Positions 9,000 to 22,494 of a stretch of DNA of 64,000 nucleotides are shown here, piece after piece. Every line of letters starts with the position of its first letter. Position 1 is the stretch's first letter. This DNA is from Gemmatimonadota bacterium (GTDB taxonomy: Bacteria; Gemmatimonadota; Gemmatimonadetes; Gemmatimonadales; GWC2-71-9): NCBI GenBank assembly GCA_034439775.1, contig JAWXBA010000153.1:6269-70268 (forward strand). Direction: 5' to 3'. Below the pieces are notes generated by a model, which worked only from the letters and a program-made list of their open reading frames with translations, made no database searches and was not told the DNA's origin. The translations under genes and the position numbers were made by a program.

Positions 9000-10588
9000 A
9001 CCCGTTTGCGCATCCGGGCCGGCAGGATGCCCAGCTGGTCGCGATACTTGGCCACGGTACGCCGTGCGATCTGGATCCCCTGCTCCTGGAACAGGTGCAC
9101 GATCTGCTGGTCGGTGAGCGGCTTCGACGAGTCTTCCTCGGCCACCATCTTCTGGAGCTTGGCGCGAATCGACCGGGCGCTGGCCTCCTCGCCCGAGGCG
9201 GTGCTCAGGGCGCTGCTGAAGAAGAACTTGAGCGGCAGCACACCCCGCGGTGTCTGGACATATTTCTCGTTGGTGACCCGGCTGACGGTGGACTCATGCA
9301 TGCTGATCACCTCCGCCACCTCGCGCAGGGTGAGGGGTTTGAGATGCTCGATTCCCTTCTCGAAGAAGGCCCGCTGACGGTCCACGATAAAGTTCATCAC
9401 CTTGAGCATGGTCTGGCGCCGCTGCTCGATCGCCTGGATCATCCAGTTGGCGCTGTTCATCTTGGTGGCGATGAACTCGCGGTGTTCCGTCGTCAGGTTC
9501 TTGCGGTCGCGGGCCACGGCCTGGTACGAACGGCTGAGTCGCAGCCGCGGCACCCCGGTGTCGTTCAGGAAGACATGGTAGAGCCCGTCCACCTTGTCCA
9601 CGATGAGGTCGGGAATGACATATCCGTCACTCCGGGTCGAGTGGGTCAGCCCCGGCTTCGGGTCAAATCGTGCCAGGGTGTCGGCAGCGCCCTGCGCGGC
9701 AGACGGTTCCACTCCGAAGCGGCGGCCCAGGTCATTCCAGCGATGGGCCACGAGGTCGGCAAACGCCTCGTTTACCATTCGCCATGCCAGAGTGCCCTCG
9801 TCCCCGGCGGCCCGCATCTGCAGCAGCAGGCATTCGGGAAGGTCGCGCGCTCCGATCCCGGCCGGATCGAGACCCTGGATGATCCGGAGGATCTCTTCCG
9901 CCTCTGCGGTGGTGAAGTACGGCAATCCCTCGGGGAGCGCCGGACTGGCCGGCGGTTCGGCGATGTCGCTGATGACCGGCACGGCAGGGCCTCCAATCAT
10001 CACGGTGCCGGGCTTGAAGTCACCGATCATGGTCGGTGGCAAGTCGAAGGGATCGTCCTCTTCCTCCTCCTCTTCCCGACTTCCCGGGGCCCGCGACGCC
10101 AGCAACTGGTTGACCGACTCGACCACATCGGCGATCGGGCTGCCCAGGTACCCCTCCTCGGTGAAGTGCCCGAGCATCTCCTCGGCCAGCAGGTGCTGAC
10201 GCGGGGTCAGGGTCAGGAAGGAGAGCTGCTCCCGGAGATGGTCGCCGAGATCCTTGGTCTCGACGCAGACCGGCTCGAGGTATTCCTGCTCCTCGAACTG
10301 CTGCTTGGTGCCGCCGACGTCAAAGCCGTTGAGGAGGATCTCCTCCCAATCGATCTCGTCCTCCTTCTCGGCCTTCTCTTTCTCCTGCTCCTGAGTCACT
10401 TCCTGAATCGGCTCTTCCTCCTCCTCCGGCTCCACCAGCTCCAGGAACGGGTTGAGGAGCAATTCCTGTTTGAGATGCTGCTGCAGGTCCATCATCGGCA
10501 TGTACAGCATGTCCATGGCCTGGTAGAGCCGTGGATTGATCCGCAGTTCCTGCCGGAGGCCTGCCTGCTGCGAAAGTCCGGTCCTCAC
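8996..10588 (-). CDS. rpoN: RNA polymerase sigma-54 factor
   Basis: N-terminal Gln/Leu-rich region I ([21 protein letters not shown]), acidic region II, and C-terminal HTH with RpoN box [12 protein letters not shown] start overlaps the lptB stop (GTGA). Confidence 0.93.
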   Translation of the reverse strand: MRTGLSQQAGLRQELRINPRLYQAMDMLYMPMMDLQQHLKQELLLNPFLELVEPEEEEEPIQEVTQEQEKEKAEKEDEIDWEEILLNGFDVGGTKQQFEEQEYLEPVCVETKDLGDHLREQLSFLTLTPRQHLLAEEMLGHFTEEGYLGSPIADVVESVNQLLASRAPGSREEEEEEDDPFDLPPTMIGDFKPGTVMIGGPAVPVISDIAEPPASPALPEGLPYFTTAEAEEILRIIQGLDPAGIGARDLPECLLLQMRAAGDEGTLAWRMVNEAFADLVAHRWNDLGRRFGVEPSAAQGAADTLARFDPKPGLTHSTRSDGYVIPDLIVDKVDGLYHVFLNDTGVPRLRLSRSYQAVARDRKNLTTEHREFIATKMNSANWMIQAIEQRRQTMLKVMNFIVDRQRAFFEKGIEHLKPLTLREVAEVISMHESTVSRVTNEKYVQTPRGVLPLKFFFSSALSTASGEEASARSIRAKLQKMVAEEDSSKPLTDQQIVHLFQEQGIQIARRTVAKYRDQLGILPARMRKRV

Positions 10589-11367
10589 CGCCCCACCTCC
10601 ATCCGAGAGCGCAGTCGCGCGGTGAGCGTGGGGCCCAGGTACAGCTCGGCAACCCGCTCGTTGAACACCAATTCCCGCACCGTGCCCGACGCCTGCACGC
10701 TGCCCTCGTACATGATGTATGCCCGGTCGACGATCTCGAGCGTCTGTTCGACGTTGTGATCGGTGATCAGTACCCCGATGCCGCGGTCCCGCAGGCTGGC
10801 CACGATGGTCTGGATGTCGTGGACGGCGATCGGGTCCACCCCGGCGAACGGCTCATCCAAGAGCATGAACCGTGGCCCGGTTACCAGTGCCCGGGTAATC
10901 TCGAGCCGGCGCCGTTCGCCCCCGCTCAGAGAGTAGGCCTTGTGCTTCCGCAGGTGTTCGATCCCCAGTTCGTTCAGCAGTTCCTCGAGGCGGGCTCCGC
11001 GCTCAGCCCGGGGCAGCCCCAGGGTCTCGAGCACGGCGAGCACATTCTGCTCGACGGTGAGGCGGCGGAAGACCGACGGCTCCTGGGCCAGATACCCGAT
11101 CCCGGCACGGGCCCTCCGAAACATCGGCGCCCGGGTGATCTCACGGCCATCGAGCGTGATCTGGCCCTGGTCGGGATTGACCATGCCGGTGATGAGATAG
11201 AACGTGGTGGTCTTCCCCGCCCCGTTGGGGCCGAGCAGCCCGACGATCTCGCCCTGCCGGAGCTCCAGGCTGACGTCGTCCACCACGGCCCGGCGACCGA
11301 AGGTCTTGACCAGTCCGGTGGCCTCAAGGACGCTCCCGCTCGGGGAGGCGGGCATCGGCTCGGTCAT
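10585..11367 (-). CDS. lptB: LPS export ABC transporter ATP-binding protein
   Basis: Walker [10 protein letters not shown], signature LSGGERRR, Walker B MLLDEP. Canonical position between lptA and rpoN. Confidence 0.9.
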   Translation of the reverse strand: MTEPMPASPSGSVLEATGLVKTFGRRAVVDDVSLELRQGEIVGLLGPNGAGKTTTFYLITGMVNPDQGQITLDGREITRAPMFRRARAGIGYLAQEPSVFRRLTVEQNVLAVLETLGLPRAERGARLEELLNELGIEHLRKHKAYSLSGGERRRLEITRALVTGPRFMLLDEPFAGVDPIAVHDIQTIVASLRDRGIGVLITDHNVEQTLEIVDRAYIMYEGSVQASGTVRELVFNERVAELYLGPTLTARLRSRMEVGR

Positions 11368-12710
11368 CGTGGCGGCCCGGGTGGGCGCCGGGGGCGGACC
11401 GTCGCGCTGGTGTCGGCGACGATCGCGGTGGGCTGCAGGTGGATGCCGTCAACGTCACCGATCGACCGGACCTGGTCCACCGTGCTCTGACCGTCAGTGC
11501 CGATCTTCATCGTGATCAGGATACTGGCCGCCCGGGTGTATACGATGGCCAGACGCCCGCCATCGTTGGGGGGAGGTTGCAGCAACCGATAGAGTGCCAG
11601 GGCGTTGCCGCGAGCCTGGAGGCTGTCGAGCAGCGTTCGGGGCGCACCGGTGGAATCGGCATCGGCGCGGAAGCTCACGGTGACCGTGTCACCCGCCACG
11701 AAGTCCCGCTCCCCGCCGATTGAATCCGGCTTGGCTCCCATCCAGCCATTGCCGAAGGCGCGCGCTTCCGTGAGCCGCTGTCCGGGGGTGTCGAATGCCA
11801 CCGAGTCTCCCCGGACCTCAAACCCCTCCGAGGATTGGGCCGCCGGCCGCAGGCTGTCTCCCCACGCGACGATCTGCTCCACTTTGCGGGCATTCACGTC
11901 CACCCCGATCGTGTCGGCCAGGAGGTCCAGTTCGGTGGCGCGGAGGTGGCTCTCCCCCCGGGCGAGGACATAGGTCACCTCACGACCTTCCAGGGTCAGG
12001 TCAATCTGGCGCCCCTTGAGATCAAAACTGTCGGCCGCGGTGCGCCGCACGGAGGCAGTGCCCATCAGGGTGCCCCGGCTTCCTGCTCCGGTGTCGAGAA
12101 AGAGGGTGTCGCCTCGGGCCTCAAGGTCGGTCCGGTCGATGGTGACCCGTCCACCGGCATAGATGCGGGTATCGCCGCGGACCCGGATGCGATCTCCGAC
12201 GATGACATAGGGCTCGCCCGCCTGCTGAAGGGAGTCGCGTGCCGGCAGCGTGATGGTGGGCCTCAAGTCGGCAAACATTTCACTGGTGTCCCGAACGCCG
12301 GCGGCCGGGCGGAGGTAGTCGAGGGTCGGGCCGCGCAACACCGAACCATTGGCGCGGTTGGTCAGGATCACACTGCCACGGGCTTCCCAGCGATCGGTGT
12401 CGCGGAAATAGGTCCCGAAATCGGCGGTCATCTCCACCGTGGAGTCCCGGTATCTGACCTTGCCGATGAACTGGATGACCTGTCCCTGATAGGAGGCCAC
12501 GCTGTCGCTCCACATCCGGACCTCCTGCCCCACGCAGCGCATCCGGACGTTGCCCCCCGCATAGTAGTTCTGCACCCCGGGACTGGGCTGAAAGCCGACG
12601 CCCTGGCGGTCAACATTCAGGACCTGCAAGAGGCAGCGTCCATCGCGCTGGGCCGCCCCCGAACTCGGGAGGAGCACCATTCCAATCAGGACCAGGAGCG
12701 GGCACCTCAC
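11364..12710 (-). CDS. lptA: Enlarged LptA/OstA-like periplasmic protein
   Basis: Signal peptide ([21 protein letters not shown]) and repeated OstA-like beta-jellyroll-type segments. Sits in the lptC-lptA-lptB order. At 448 aa it is much longer than classical LptA. Confidence 0.6.
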   Translation of the reverse strand: MRCPLLVLIGMVLLPSSGAAQRDGRCLLQVLNVDRQGVGFQPSPGVQNYYAGGNVRMRCVGQEVRMWSDSVASYQGQVIQFIGKVRYRDSTVEMTADFGTYFRDTDRWEARGSVILTNRANGSVLRGPTLDYLRPAAGVRDTSEMFADLRPTITLPARDSLQQAGEPYVIVGDRIRVRGDTRIYAGGRVTIDRTDLEARGDTLFLDTGAGSRGTLMGTASVRRTAADSFDLKGRQIDLTLEGREVTYVLARGESHLRATELDLLADTIGVDVNARKVEQIVAWGDSLRPAAQSSEGFEVRGDSVAFDTPGQRLTEARAFGNGWMGAKPDSIGGERDFVAGDTVTVSFRADADSTGAPRTLLDSLQARGNALALYRLLQPPPNDGGRLAIVYTRAASILITMKIGTDGQSTVDQVRSIGDVDGIHLQPTAIVADTSATVRPRRPPGPPR

Positions 12711-13285
12711 GGGGGAGTCTGCCCCGGCAGGAGGATACCACCGGTCCGCTGGCGACCGCGCGGCTGGTCCACCCGGGGCGCCTTGAATTCCGGATCGGAC
12801 ACAAAGCTGTTGCCCTGGAGATATTGATTTGGCGACTCGTAGGTGAAGGTCGTGTCAGAGCTGACGAGGTTGGCGACCTTGTCATAGGAGAGCCGGGGCG
12901 AGGCCAGGCGTTCGCCCCCAGCGCCCACGAGCAGCACCCTGCCCCGGGCATCAAGCGACTCGGTCTGGATCTGGTAGGTGCCCTGGGCCGCCGTCAGGAC
13001 GGACGTCTGTACGCCGCCCTGGTCGAAAAAGGTGACCCGCAAGTTTCCCAGCTCCATGCGCTGGGCGTCCTGGTAGGTCCATGCGGTGTCCGCCATGATC
13101 ACCGCACGACGGACCCCGTTCTCGAAAATGCCCTTCTCCATGCCGAGCATCATCATATCGGCGCTGTCGGCCAGCGCCGCAGTGCCCAGCGGAGTCACTC
13201 CCTTGTCGGCGCAGGCGGCCGCACTCCATGCCAGCACGGCCACGGCCGCGATCCGCAACGCGGAGGGATTCCGCGGCCGCGTCAT
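12707..13285 (-). CDS. lptC: LptC-like LPS export protein (lipoprotein-type signal)
   Basis: N-terminal LAWSAAAC lipobox-like signal, LptC-like beta-rich body, and position between kdsC/kdsD and lptA. Confidence 0.6.
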   Translation of the reverse strand: MTRPRNPSALRIAAVAVLAWSAAACADKGVTPLGTAALADSADMMMLGMEKGIFENGVRRAVIMADTAWTYQDAQRMELGNLRVTFFDQGGVQTSVLTAAQGTYQIQTESLDARGRVLLVGAGGERLASPRLSYDKVANLVSSDTTFTYESPNQYLQGNSFVSDPEFKAPRVDQPRGRQRTGGILLPGQTPP

Positions 13286-14241
13286 ACCGCGCCCGCCCGG
13301 AGCAGGTCGTGCAGGTGCACCACGCCCACAATCCGCGACGAATCATCGAGGACCGGCATCGCCATGATCCCCTCGCGTTCCATCCGCCCCACCACCGCGC
13401 TGGCCAGCTCGGTCGCGCTGGCAACGCGCGGCTCCCGGGTCATCAGCTCTTCCACCGCCAGCGGGAGGAATTCGGGCTCCCGCTCTGCCACGCGGCTCAA
13501 GTCGCCCGCGGTGAGCACCCCGCACACCAGGCCATCCTCTGCAATGATCGCCAGGCCGCGCTGCTGGGCCAGTGCGACGACCGCGTCGCGCATCCGCGCG
13601 TCGGGACGGAGCACCCCGTGTGCCGGAACCATGACATCCCGGATCCGAAGCAACAGCCGCCGACCGAGCCGCCCGCCGGGATGGAGGGCCGCAAAGTCTT
13701 CCGGCTGGAACCCCTTTTCCTGGAGCACGGTGACGGCCAGGGCATCGCCAAGCGCCAGGGCCACGGTGGTGCTGGTGGTCGGGGCCAGGTCATGAGGGCA
13801 GGCCTCCTCCGCCACGCCGGCGTCGAGCACCACCCTGGCGCTCCGGGCCAAAGTGGACTCCAGCGCGCCGGTCAGCGCGATCATCGGCACCTCAAGCCGC
13901 TGCAGTTCGGCCACGAGGCCCACCAGTTCCTCCGTCTCGCCGCTCTTGCTGATGACAATGGCCACGTCGTTGCGGCCGACAATGCCGAGGTCGCCATGCT
14001 GGCTGTCCACCGGGTGGAGATAGCTGGCCGGCGTGCCGGTGCTGGTAAGTGTTGCCGCAATCTTTCGGGCAATCAGTCCGGATTTGCCCAGCCCCGAAAC
14101 GATGACCCGGCCTCGGCAGGCGGTCAGGAGGAGGACGGCTTCTGCAAACGCCGGCCCAAGCCCCTGACCGGCGCGGGCCACCGCCTCGGCCTCGAGGGCC
14201 ATGATCCGCCGGCCCGATTCCACCAGCGTGGCGGCGCTCAT
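13282..14241 (-). CDS. kdsD: Arabinose-5-phosphate isomerase (KpsF/GutQ family, SIS + 2 CBS)
   Basis: GLGKSGLIARKIAATL...SKSGETEE SIS motifs followed by tandem CBS domains. ATG 14241 overlaps the kdsC stop (ATGA). Confidence 0.9.
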   Translation of the reverse strand: MSAATLVESGRRIMALEAEAVARAGQGLGPAFAEAVLLLTACRGRVIVSGLGKSGLIARKIAATLTSTGTPASYLHPVDSQHGDLGIVGRNDVAIVISKSGETEELVGLVAELQRLEVPMIALTGALESTLARSARVVLDAGVAEEACPHDLAPTTSTTVALALGDALAVTVLQEKGFQPEDFAALHPGGRLGRRLLLRIRDVMVPAHGVLRPDARMRDAVVALAQQRGLAIIAEDGLVCGVLTAGDLSRVAEREPEFLPLAVEELMTREPRVASATELASAVVGRMEREGIMAMPVLDDSSRIVGVVHLHDLLRAGAV

Positions 14242-14781
14242 GCCGCATCCCCGCGGTCCGCGAGGTACCGACTCAGCGCCGGCTCGTATTCGCCGCGGGC
14301 ACGCAGCAGCCGCTCGACCACTTCGCGCACTGCGCCATGACCACCCGGGTTGCGGGTAATCCAATGCGCCACGTCCTTCACTTCGGTGACGGCATTGGCC
14401 ACGGCCACAGCCCATCCCACCCGCTGCAGTACCGCCAGGTCTGCCAGGTCATCGCCCACGAAACCGACCTCATCCCAGTCCAGGCCGCGTTGCGCCACCA
14501 GGTCGGTCAAGACAGCGAGCTTGCGCCCGTGGGGATCCTGAATGCAGGTGGTGATCCGCAGTTCCTCCGCACGCAGCCGCGTGGCCTCCGATGGTCGGGC
14601 GCTCAACCAGGCCACCTCCACGCCGGTGCCGCGCAGCAGGGCGAGCCCAAGGCCGTCCTGGATATCGAACCGCTTGAACTCCACCCGTCGCTCGTCGATC
14701 ACCCCGAGGTATATCCCGTTATCGGTCAGGACCCCATCGACATCAAGGACCAGAAGCCGGACCCGTGCCGCGCGATCGAGC

Positions 14782-14789
<8 letters not shown>
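14238..14789 (-). CDS. kdsC: KDO-8-phosphate phosphatase (HAD)
   Basis: LLVLDVDGVLTDNGIY HAD motif I and GDDLADL motif. Start at MPELDRA (14789). Confidence 0.85.
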
Positions 14790-18022
<3,233 letters not shown>

Positions 18023-18024
18023 CC

Positions 18025-18053
18025 AAGCTAACAACGCGGCACGCCTCTGTCAA
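18025..18053 (-). promoter_or_regulatory. Sigma-70-type promoter candidate abutting the kdsB ATG (possible leaderless mRNA)
   Basis: Minus strand reads TTGACA (18053-18048), a 17-nt spacer, TAGCTT (18030-18025), then GG ATG ATG. Confidence 0.35.
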
Positions 18054-18119
18054 AAGTCGTGCCGCGTAGAATGTGGTCGTGGTGCGACCACCTAAGTTAT
18101 TGAATGCGGGTAGGTTACG

Positions 18120-18743
18120 CTATTGCGGCGGGACGCGTGACGCCGCTTGCCGGCGGAGTGAGTCGGCGAGTTCCCGGGTTTGGCGACTGATCGTCTCGGC
18201 CATCTGGCGCATCGACTGGGCCAGGGAGTCCGCGTAGACGCTGGGGACAGCCGCCTGGCCCGAATCCGCCGGTGTGCCCCGAAACTCGGCCACCACCCGG
18301 GCGGGGAGGTACAGTGTCACGACCAGCCGGTTGGTGGAACCCTCAGCGAGGGCTATTTCCACGGTGCCGAACTCCAGCATGGATGAGTCGGGAGCCCCAC
18401 AGGAAAAGGAGGTGGAGGTCGAAAGGTGGCTGGGATTCTCCACGCTGAGGACGCACCCGGTCGAAAGCGACTCAAAGGTTGCCAAGTCTGCCACTTCCAC
18501 CCGAATCCGGAAACTTTCCACCGACTCTGGTGCACTCCGGTTGATCCTGAGCTGCTTCAAGGCACCAACCCGATGCCCGTCCAGGTTGAAGGGCAAGAAT
18601 GCCAAGGGAATGACGATGGGATCGGCGGTTTCGACGACCTGGGGCCCGTTTTCCATCCCGGCCTTGGCCAGGCGGACGATTATGGTACCGACCAGGGCAA
18701 TCACCCCGGCACCAAGCATGATCTTGAGCCAGTATCCGCGCAT
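18120..18743 (-). CDS. Hypothetical membrane-anchored protein
   Basis: N-terminal TM helix (IMLGAGVIALVGTIIVRLA) and no motif I recognise. GAGGTG Shine-Dalgarno 5-6 nt before ATG 18743. Confidence 0.6.
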   Translation of the reverse strand: MRGYWLKIMLGAGVIALVGTIIVRLAKAGMENGPQVVETADPIVIPLAFLPFNLDGHRVGALKQLRINRSAPESVESFRIRVEVADLATFESLSTGCVLSVENPSHLSTSTSFSCGAPDSSMLEFGTVEIALAEGSTNRLVVTLYLPARVVAEFRGTPADSGQAAVPSVYADSLAQSMRQMAETISRQTRELADSLRRQAASRVPPQ

Positions 18744-19020
18744 GAATCCACCTCACAGAGCAGGACAGAGCCGCCCCAACCACATGGCGTTACAGGATGT
18801 AACGTAACGACCGCACCCCAAGTTTCACAGCCCCTCAGCCTGCTGACAGCACCGACTGGATTCCGGCCAACCGCCGCTCGGAATGCCTTCGCCCAGGCGG
18901 GACGCCTCCTCTACGACTATTTCTCGACCCGCGGCAACCCCTGACGAGGCTCATCGGTGGAGGCCCAGCGCGATTCACCCTGGGGAGCAAAGAAACCCCC
19001 GCCCGGATGCTGCTGGTGCG

Positions 19021-19926
19021 TCAGGCCCGGGGATGGAACTGGCGATGCACGCTGCGGAGGTAGTCGCGGTCGACGTGGGTGTAGATCTGGGTCGTGGACA
19101 GGTCGGCGTGGCCGAGCATTTCCTGCACGGCCCGGAGATCGGCCCCACCCTCGAGCAGATGAGTGGCGAAGGAGTGACGGAGGGTGTGCGGGGAGACCGG
19201 CCGTTCGATTCTTGCCGCGGCGGCACACTGCTTGACGATTCCCCATGCCCCCACTCGACTCAGCGGCCGGCCGCGAGCGTTGAGCAGTACGCACCCTGCG
19301 GTCTGGCCCCGGTCCAGCTCGGTCCGCAGTCCGTTGAGGTAGATCCCCAGCGTCCCCACCACCTTCCGTCCGACCGGAACCAGCCGCTCCTTGCCACCCT
19401 TGCCCATGACGCGAATCAGGCCATCGCCCAGGATCAGGTCGGACAGGCGCAACCCGCAGAGCTCCGACACCCGGAGTCCGGCGCCGTACCCGAGCTCAAG
19501 GAGTGCCCGGTCGCGCCAGGCCATCGGTTGGTCGAGTGCGGGAACCTGGAGCATCGCCTCGATCTCTGCCACGGTCAGCACCTCGGGAAGGGTGCGCCAC
19601 TTCTTCGGCGTCTCGAGGCGGTCACTCGGATCCCGGGTCAGGATGCCCTCGCCGATCAGGAACCGGCACCAGGTCTTGATGGCGGAGATCTGCCGCCGGA
19701 TGGTGGCACCCGAAAGACCGGTGTCCTTGAGGGAATAGATGAACTCCCGGAGGAAGGTCGGCTTGAGCTCCTGGGGGCCGGCGACGGTGCGGAGCTGGGC
19801 GTAGCGGCAGAGCCGCTCGAGGTCCCGCCGGTAGCTCGCCACGGTATTGGGGGAGTGGCCCGCCTCGAGGCTCAGGAAGTCGGCGAACGGCTCGAGGTGG
19901 AACGCCCGCGCCAGGGTGTCGGTCAT
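19021..19926 (-). CDS. xerD: Site-specific tyrosine recombinase XerD
   Basis: SPNTVASYRRDL N-terminal domain. C-terminal HTLRHSFATHLLEGGADLRAVQEMLGHADLSTTQIYTHV with catalytic Tyr. ATG 19926 overlaps the upstream stop (ATGA). Confidence 0.88.
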   Translation of the reverse strand: MTDTLARAFHLEPFADFLSLEAGHSPNTVASYRRDLERLCRYAQLRTVAGPQELKPTFLREFIYSLKDTGLSGATIRRQISAIKTWCRFLIGEGILTRDPSDRLETPKKWRTLPEVLTVAEIEAMLQVPALDQPMAWRDRALLELGYGAGLRVSELCGLRLSDLILGDGLIRVMGKGGKERLVPVGRKVVGTLGIYLNGLRTELDRGQTAGCVLLNARGRPLSRVGAWGIVKQCAAAARIERPVSPHTLRHSFATHLLEGGADLRAVQEMLGHADLSTTQIYTHVDRDYLRSVHRQFHPRA

Positions 19927-20954
19927 GTCGCGGGAGGGGGCGGTACATCCGCGAGGTCGTCGGGGCTGAGCCCCAACAACTCGGCCGCCCGTGCGATCAG
20001 TCGTTCCTCGTGGCGAACCAAGCGTCGATCGGCGTAGGCCACTTCCCGGAGGCGCTGGATCAGCCGGAGCCGTGCCGGCCGCTCCCAGGCGGCGGACACC
20101 TTGCTGGCGTACTCCGCGGTGTCCCGGCTTGGGCCGCCGCCCGCCGGCCCGACCGGAAGACCCCACTGCTCATGGATCGCCTCCTCGATCTGCATCCGCT
20201 CCTCGAGTCCAAGGGCGTGGTCTGCCCGGGCCACTTCCACCAGCAGGCTGGCCACTGCCGCCACGCGTGGATCAGTCCGGGCCCGGACCGTCGCCGCGGA
20301 GTCGTGGCCGAGCGCTTCCTCGATGGCACCCCAGAGCCGGTCGTCCCGGCGGCGGCGGCGGCGCCGGATCAACGTAATGATGATGGCCGCGATTGCGGCG
20401 GCGGCCAGGATGCCGAGGGTCCCGTTGATCCGGCCAAGGAGACGCTGGATCGTTTCCCACTCGCCGCCCAGCCGCACCCCGATCCAGACCAGCCCCCCGT
20501 ACCAAAGCCCCGCGGCGAGGATGATCGGGACGACCGCCTTCAAGGCCGGTAGTTTGACCAGGCCGGCAAAGGGAGCCACGAACGAACGAAAGCCCGGCAG
20601 GAGCCGGGAAAGGAAGATCCCGATCACCCCGAACCGGAGGTATTCCTGTTCCATGGCCGCGATGGCGCTGGGCGGAAGGAGGCGCTTGCCCAGGCGGGTG
20701 CGCACGAAGGCCCCGCCCCACCGGCGGGTCACGTAATAGAGGAGGATGGCCCCGCCGGCGTTGGTGCTCCAGATCAGCAGCCAGACCGTTACCGGGCGCA
20801 CCGCGGTGCGATGGGAGAGGAATCCACCGAGGGCGGCGAACATGTCTGACGGAACCGGCGGCACGATGTTTTCCAGGAATCCACCCAGCCCGAGCAGCAG
20901 GTAGATCCCCTCGACCGGCCAGCTCGCGACACCCTGGAGCAGCGCCTCGATCAG
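19923..20954 (-). CDS. DedA-family membrane protein fused to a C-terminal TerB-like domain
   Basis: DedA motifs [20 protein letters not shown] and [19 protein letters not shown]-terminal [21 protein letters not shown]...[28 protein letters not shown] matches the TerB pattern. 5' end set at CTG 20954 (see findings); the first canonical start is GTG 20864. Confidence 0.7.
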   Translation of the reverse strand: MIEALLQGVASWPVEGIYLLLGLGGFLENIVPPVPSDMFAALGGFLSHRTAVRPVTVWLLIWSTNAGGAILLYYVTRRWGGAFVRTRLGKRLLPPSAIAAMEQEYLRFGVIGIFLSRLLPGFRSFVAPFAGLVKLPALKAVVPIILAAGLWYGGLVWIGVRLGGEWETIQRLLGRINGTLGILAAAAIAAIIITLIRRRRRRRDDRLWGAIEEALGHDSAATVRARTDPRVAAVASLLVEVARADHALGLEERMQIEEAIHEQWGLPVGPAGGGPSRDTAEYASKVSAAWERPARLRLIQRLREVAYADRRLVRHEERLIARAAELLGLSPDDLADVPPPPAT

Positions 20955-21427
20955 CGGGCCTCCACCGTGGCGACCGCCATGACCGCAATGCCTTCACCAC
21001 GGCCGATGAAACCCATCCCCTCGTTGGTCTTGGCTTTCAAGCTTACCCTGCCCGCCGCCACCCCGAGGGCCGCCTCCAACTGCGCCGACATCGCGCCATG
21101 GTAGGGCGCCAGTTTCGGTTCCTGGGCCACGATGGTCAGGTCGGCCTGCAACGGGGTGAACCCACCCTCCTGCAGGAGGACACAGGCCCGCCGCAGGAGG
21201 TCGATCGAATCGGCATCCAGCCAGCGTGAGTCGGTGTCGGGAAAATGGCGGCCGATGTCCCCCAGCCCCGCCGCCCCGAGCAGCGCATCGGTCAGGGCGT
21301 GGCAGACGGCATCGGCATCGGAGTGGCCGGCCAATCCCTTGTCGTGCGGAATCCGAACCCCACCGAGGATCAGCGGTCGGCCAGAGACCAGGCGGTGCGA
21401 GTCGTAGCCGATACCGACCCGGATCAT
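20951..21427 (-). CDS. ispF: 2-C-methyl-D-erythritol 2,4-cyclodiphosphate synthase
   Basis: IGYDSHRL and [19 protein letters not shown] motifs. ATG 21427 overlaps the mqnC stop. Confidence 0.93.
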   Translation of the reverse strand: MIRVGIGYDSHRLVSGRPLILGGVRIPHDKGLAGHSDADAVCHALTDALLGAAGLGDIGRHFPDTDSRWLDADSIDLLRRACVLLQEGGFTPLQADLTIVAQEPKLAPYHGAMSAQLEAALGVAAGRVSLKAKTNEGMGFIGRGEGIAVMAVATVEAR

Positions 21428-22494
21428 GCGGCGACCGGCTCGTCCAGCTCGATCAGGGAGTAGTCCTGCCGCCGCCGTCGCGGGGTGAACCCGGCGTCGG
21501 TAATGGCGCGTTCCATCTCCCCGATGGTGGCCCGGTGGGTGGTGCCGGCAGCGGAGACGACATTCTCCTCCATCATCAGGCTGCCAAAATCGTTGGCCCC
21601 GAACCGCAGCGCCACCTGCCCCACCTTGAGCCCCATGGTAACCCATGAGGACTGGAGGTTCGGGATGTTGTCGCAGATGATCCGGCCCATCGCCAGAGTG
21701 CGAAGATAGGTGACGGCATCGGTCTTCTCCTGCGCCGCCATCTCAGTGCCCTCCGGCTGCAGCGGCCAGCAGATGAAGGCGGTGAAGCCCCCGGTCCGGG
21801 CCTGCAGATCGCGGATCCGGATCAGGTGCTCGATCCGGTCGGCATCGGATTCGCCCAATCCGTACATCATTGTCACCGAAGTCTTCATCCCCTGCCGGTG
21901 GGCCTCCTCCTGAACGCCGAGCCATTCGTCGGTCTGGGCCTTCTTCTTGGCGACGCGTTGCCGGATCGCGTCGACCAGGATCTCGCCGCCGCCACCGGGG
22001 ATGCTGTCCAGTCCCGCCGCGCGCAGTTCGCGCACCACCTGCTCCACCGACCGGCCGAACCGCTCGCTGAAGAACACCACCTCGGAGGGTGAGAACCCGT
22101 GGATGTGGATCGGGTGATGTTCCTTGATGTACCGCATCAGGTCGAGGTACCACTCGAACGGGATATACGGATTGTGGCCGCCCTGAAGCAGGATCTGCAC
22201 GCCGCCGAGCGCCTTGCACTCGTCGATCTTGGCGCCGATCTCCTCGTAGCTCAGGACATACCCTTCCAGGTGCTTGGGGCGGCGATAGAATGCGCAGAAC
22301 TTGCAGTCGGCCACGCAGACATTGGTGTAGTTGATGTTCCGGTCGATGATGTAGGTCACCACCGGTTCCGGGTGCTGCCTCCACCGGGCAGCGTCGGCCA
22401 GTTCCCCCAGCTCAAGCAGGCTGGCGTGCTGGTAGAGCTCAAGGTACCGGCGAAACTCGGGACTGGTGCGGTCGACCAGGGATGGCATTGTCAC
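21424..22494 (-). CDS. mqnC: Radical SAM cyclic dehypoxanthinyl futalosine synthase
   Basis: [23 protein letters not shown] CxxxCxxC region and CofH/MqnC-type C-terminus. Neighbours mqnA and mqnE. Confidence 0.75.
   Translation of the reverse strand: MTMPSLVDRTSPEFRRYLELYQHASLLELGELADAARWRQHPEPVVTYIIDRNINYTNVCVADCKFCAFYRRPKHLEGYVLSYEEIGAKIDECKALGGVQILLQGGHNPYIPFEWYLDLMRYIKEHHPIHIHGFSPSEVVFFSERFGRSVEQVVRELRAAGLDSIPGGGGEILVDAIRQRVAKKKAQTDEWLGVQEEAHRQGMKTSVTMMYGLGESDADRIEHLIRIRDLQARTGGFTAFICWPLQPEGTEMAAQEKTDAVTYLRTLAMGRIICDNIPNLQSSWVTMGLKVGQVALRFGANDFGSLMMEENVVSAAGTTHRATIGEMERAITDAGFTPRRRRQDYSLIELDEPVAA

Noticed and set aside
9095-10759. 554-aa plus-strand ORF
   Set aside because: It is antisense to rpoN/lptB, and its composition is Leu/Arg/Gly/His-rich without motifs. 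Similar shadow ORFs exist at 48466-50127 (antisense to nuoF/nuoE), 61880-63520 (antisense to trmL/moaA), 35581-37089 and 37511-38896.
19021-19926. Tyrosine recombinase as a marker of a mobile element or integron
   Set aside because: The sequence has XerD-specific motifs. It is translationally coupled to housekeeping genes, and there are no flanking repeats, att-like sites, tRNA or cargo genes. It is the chromosome dimer-resolution enzyme.
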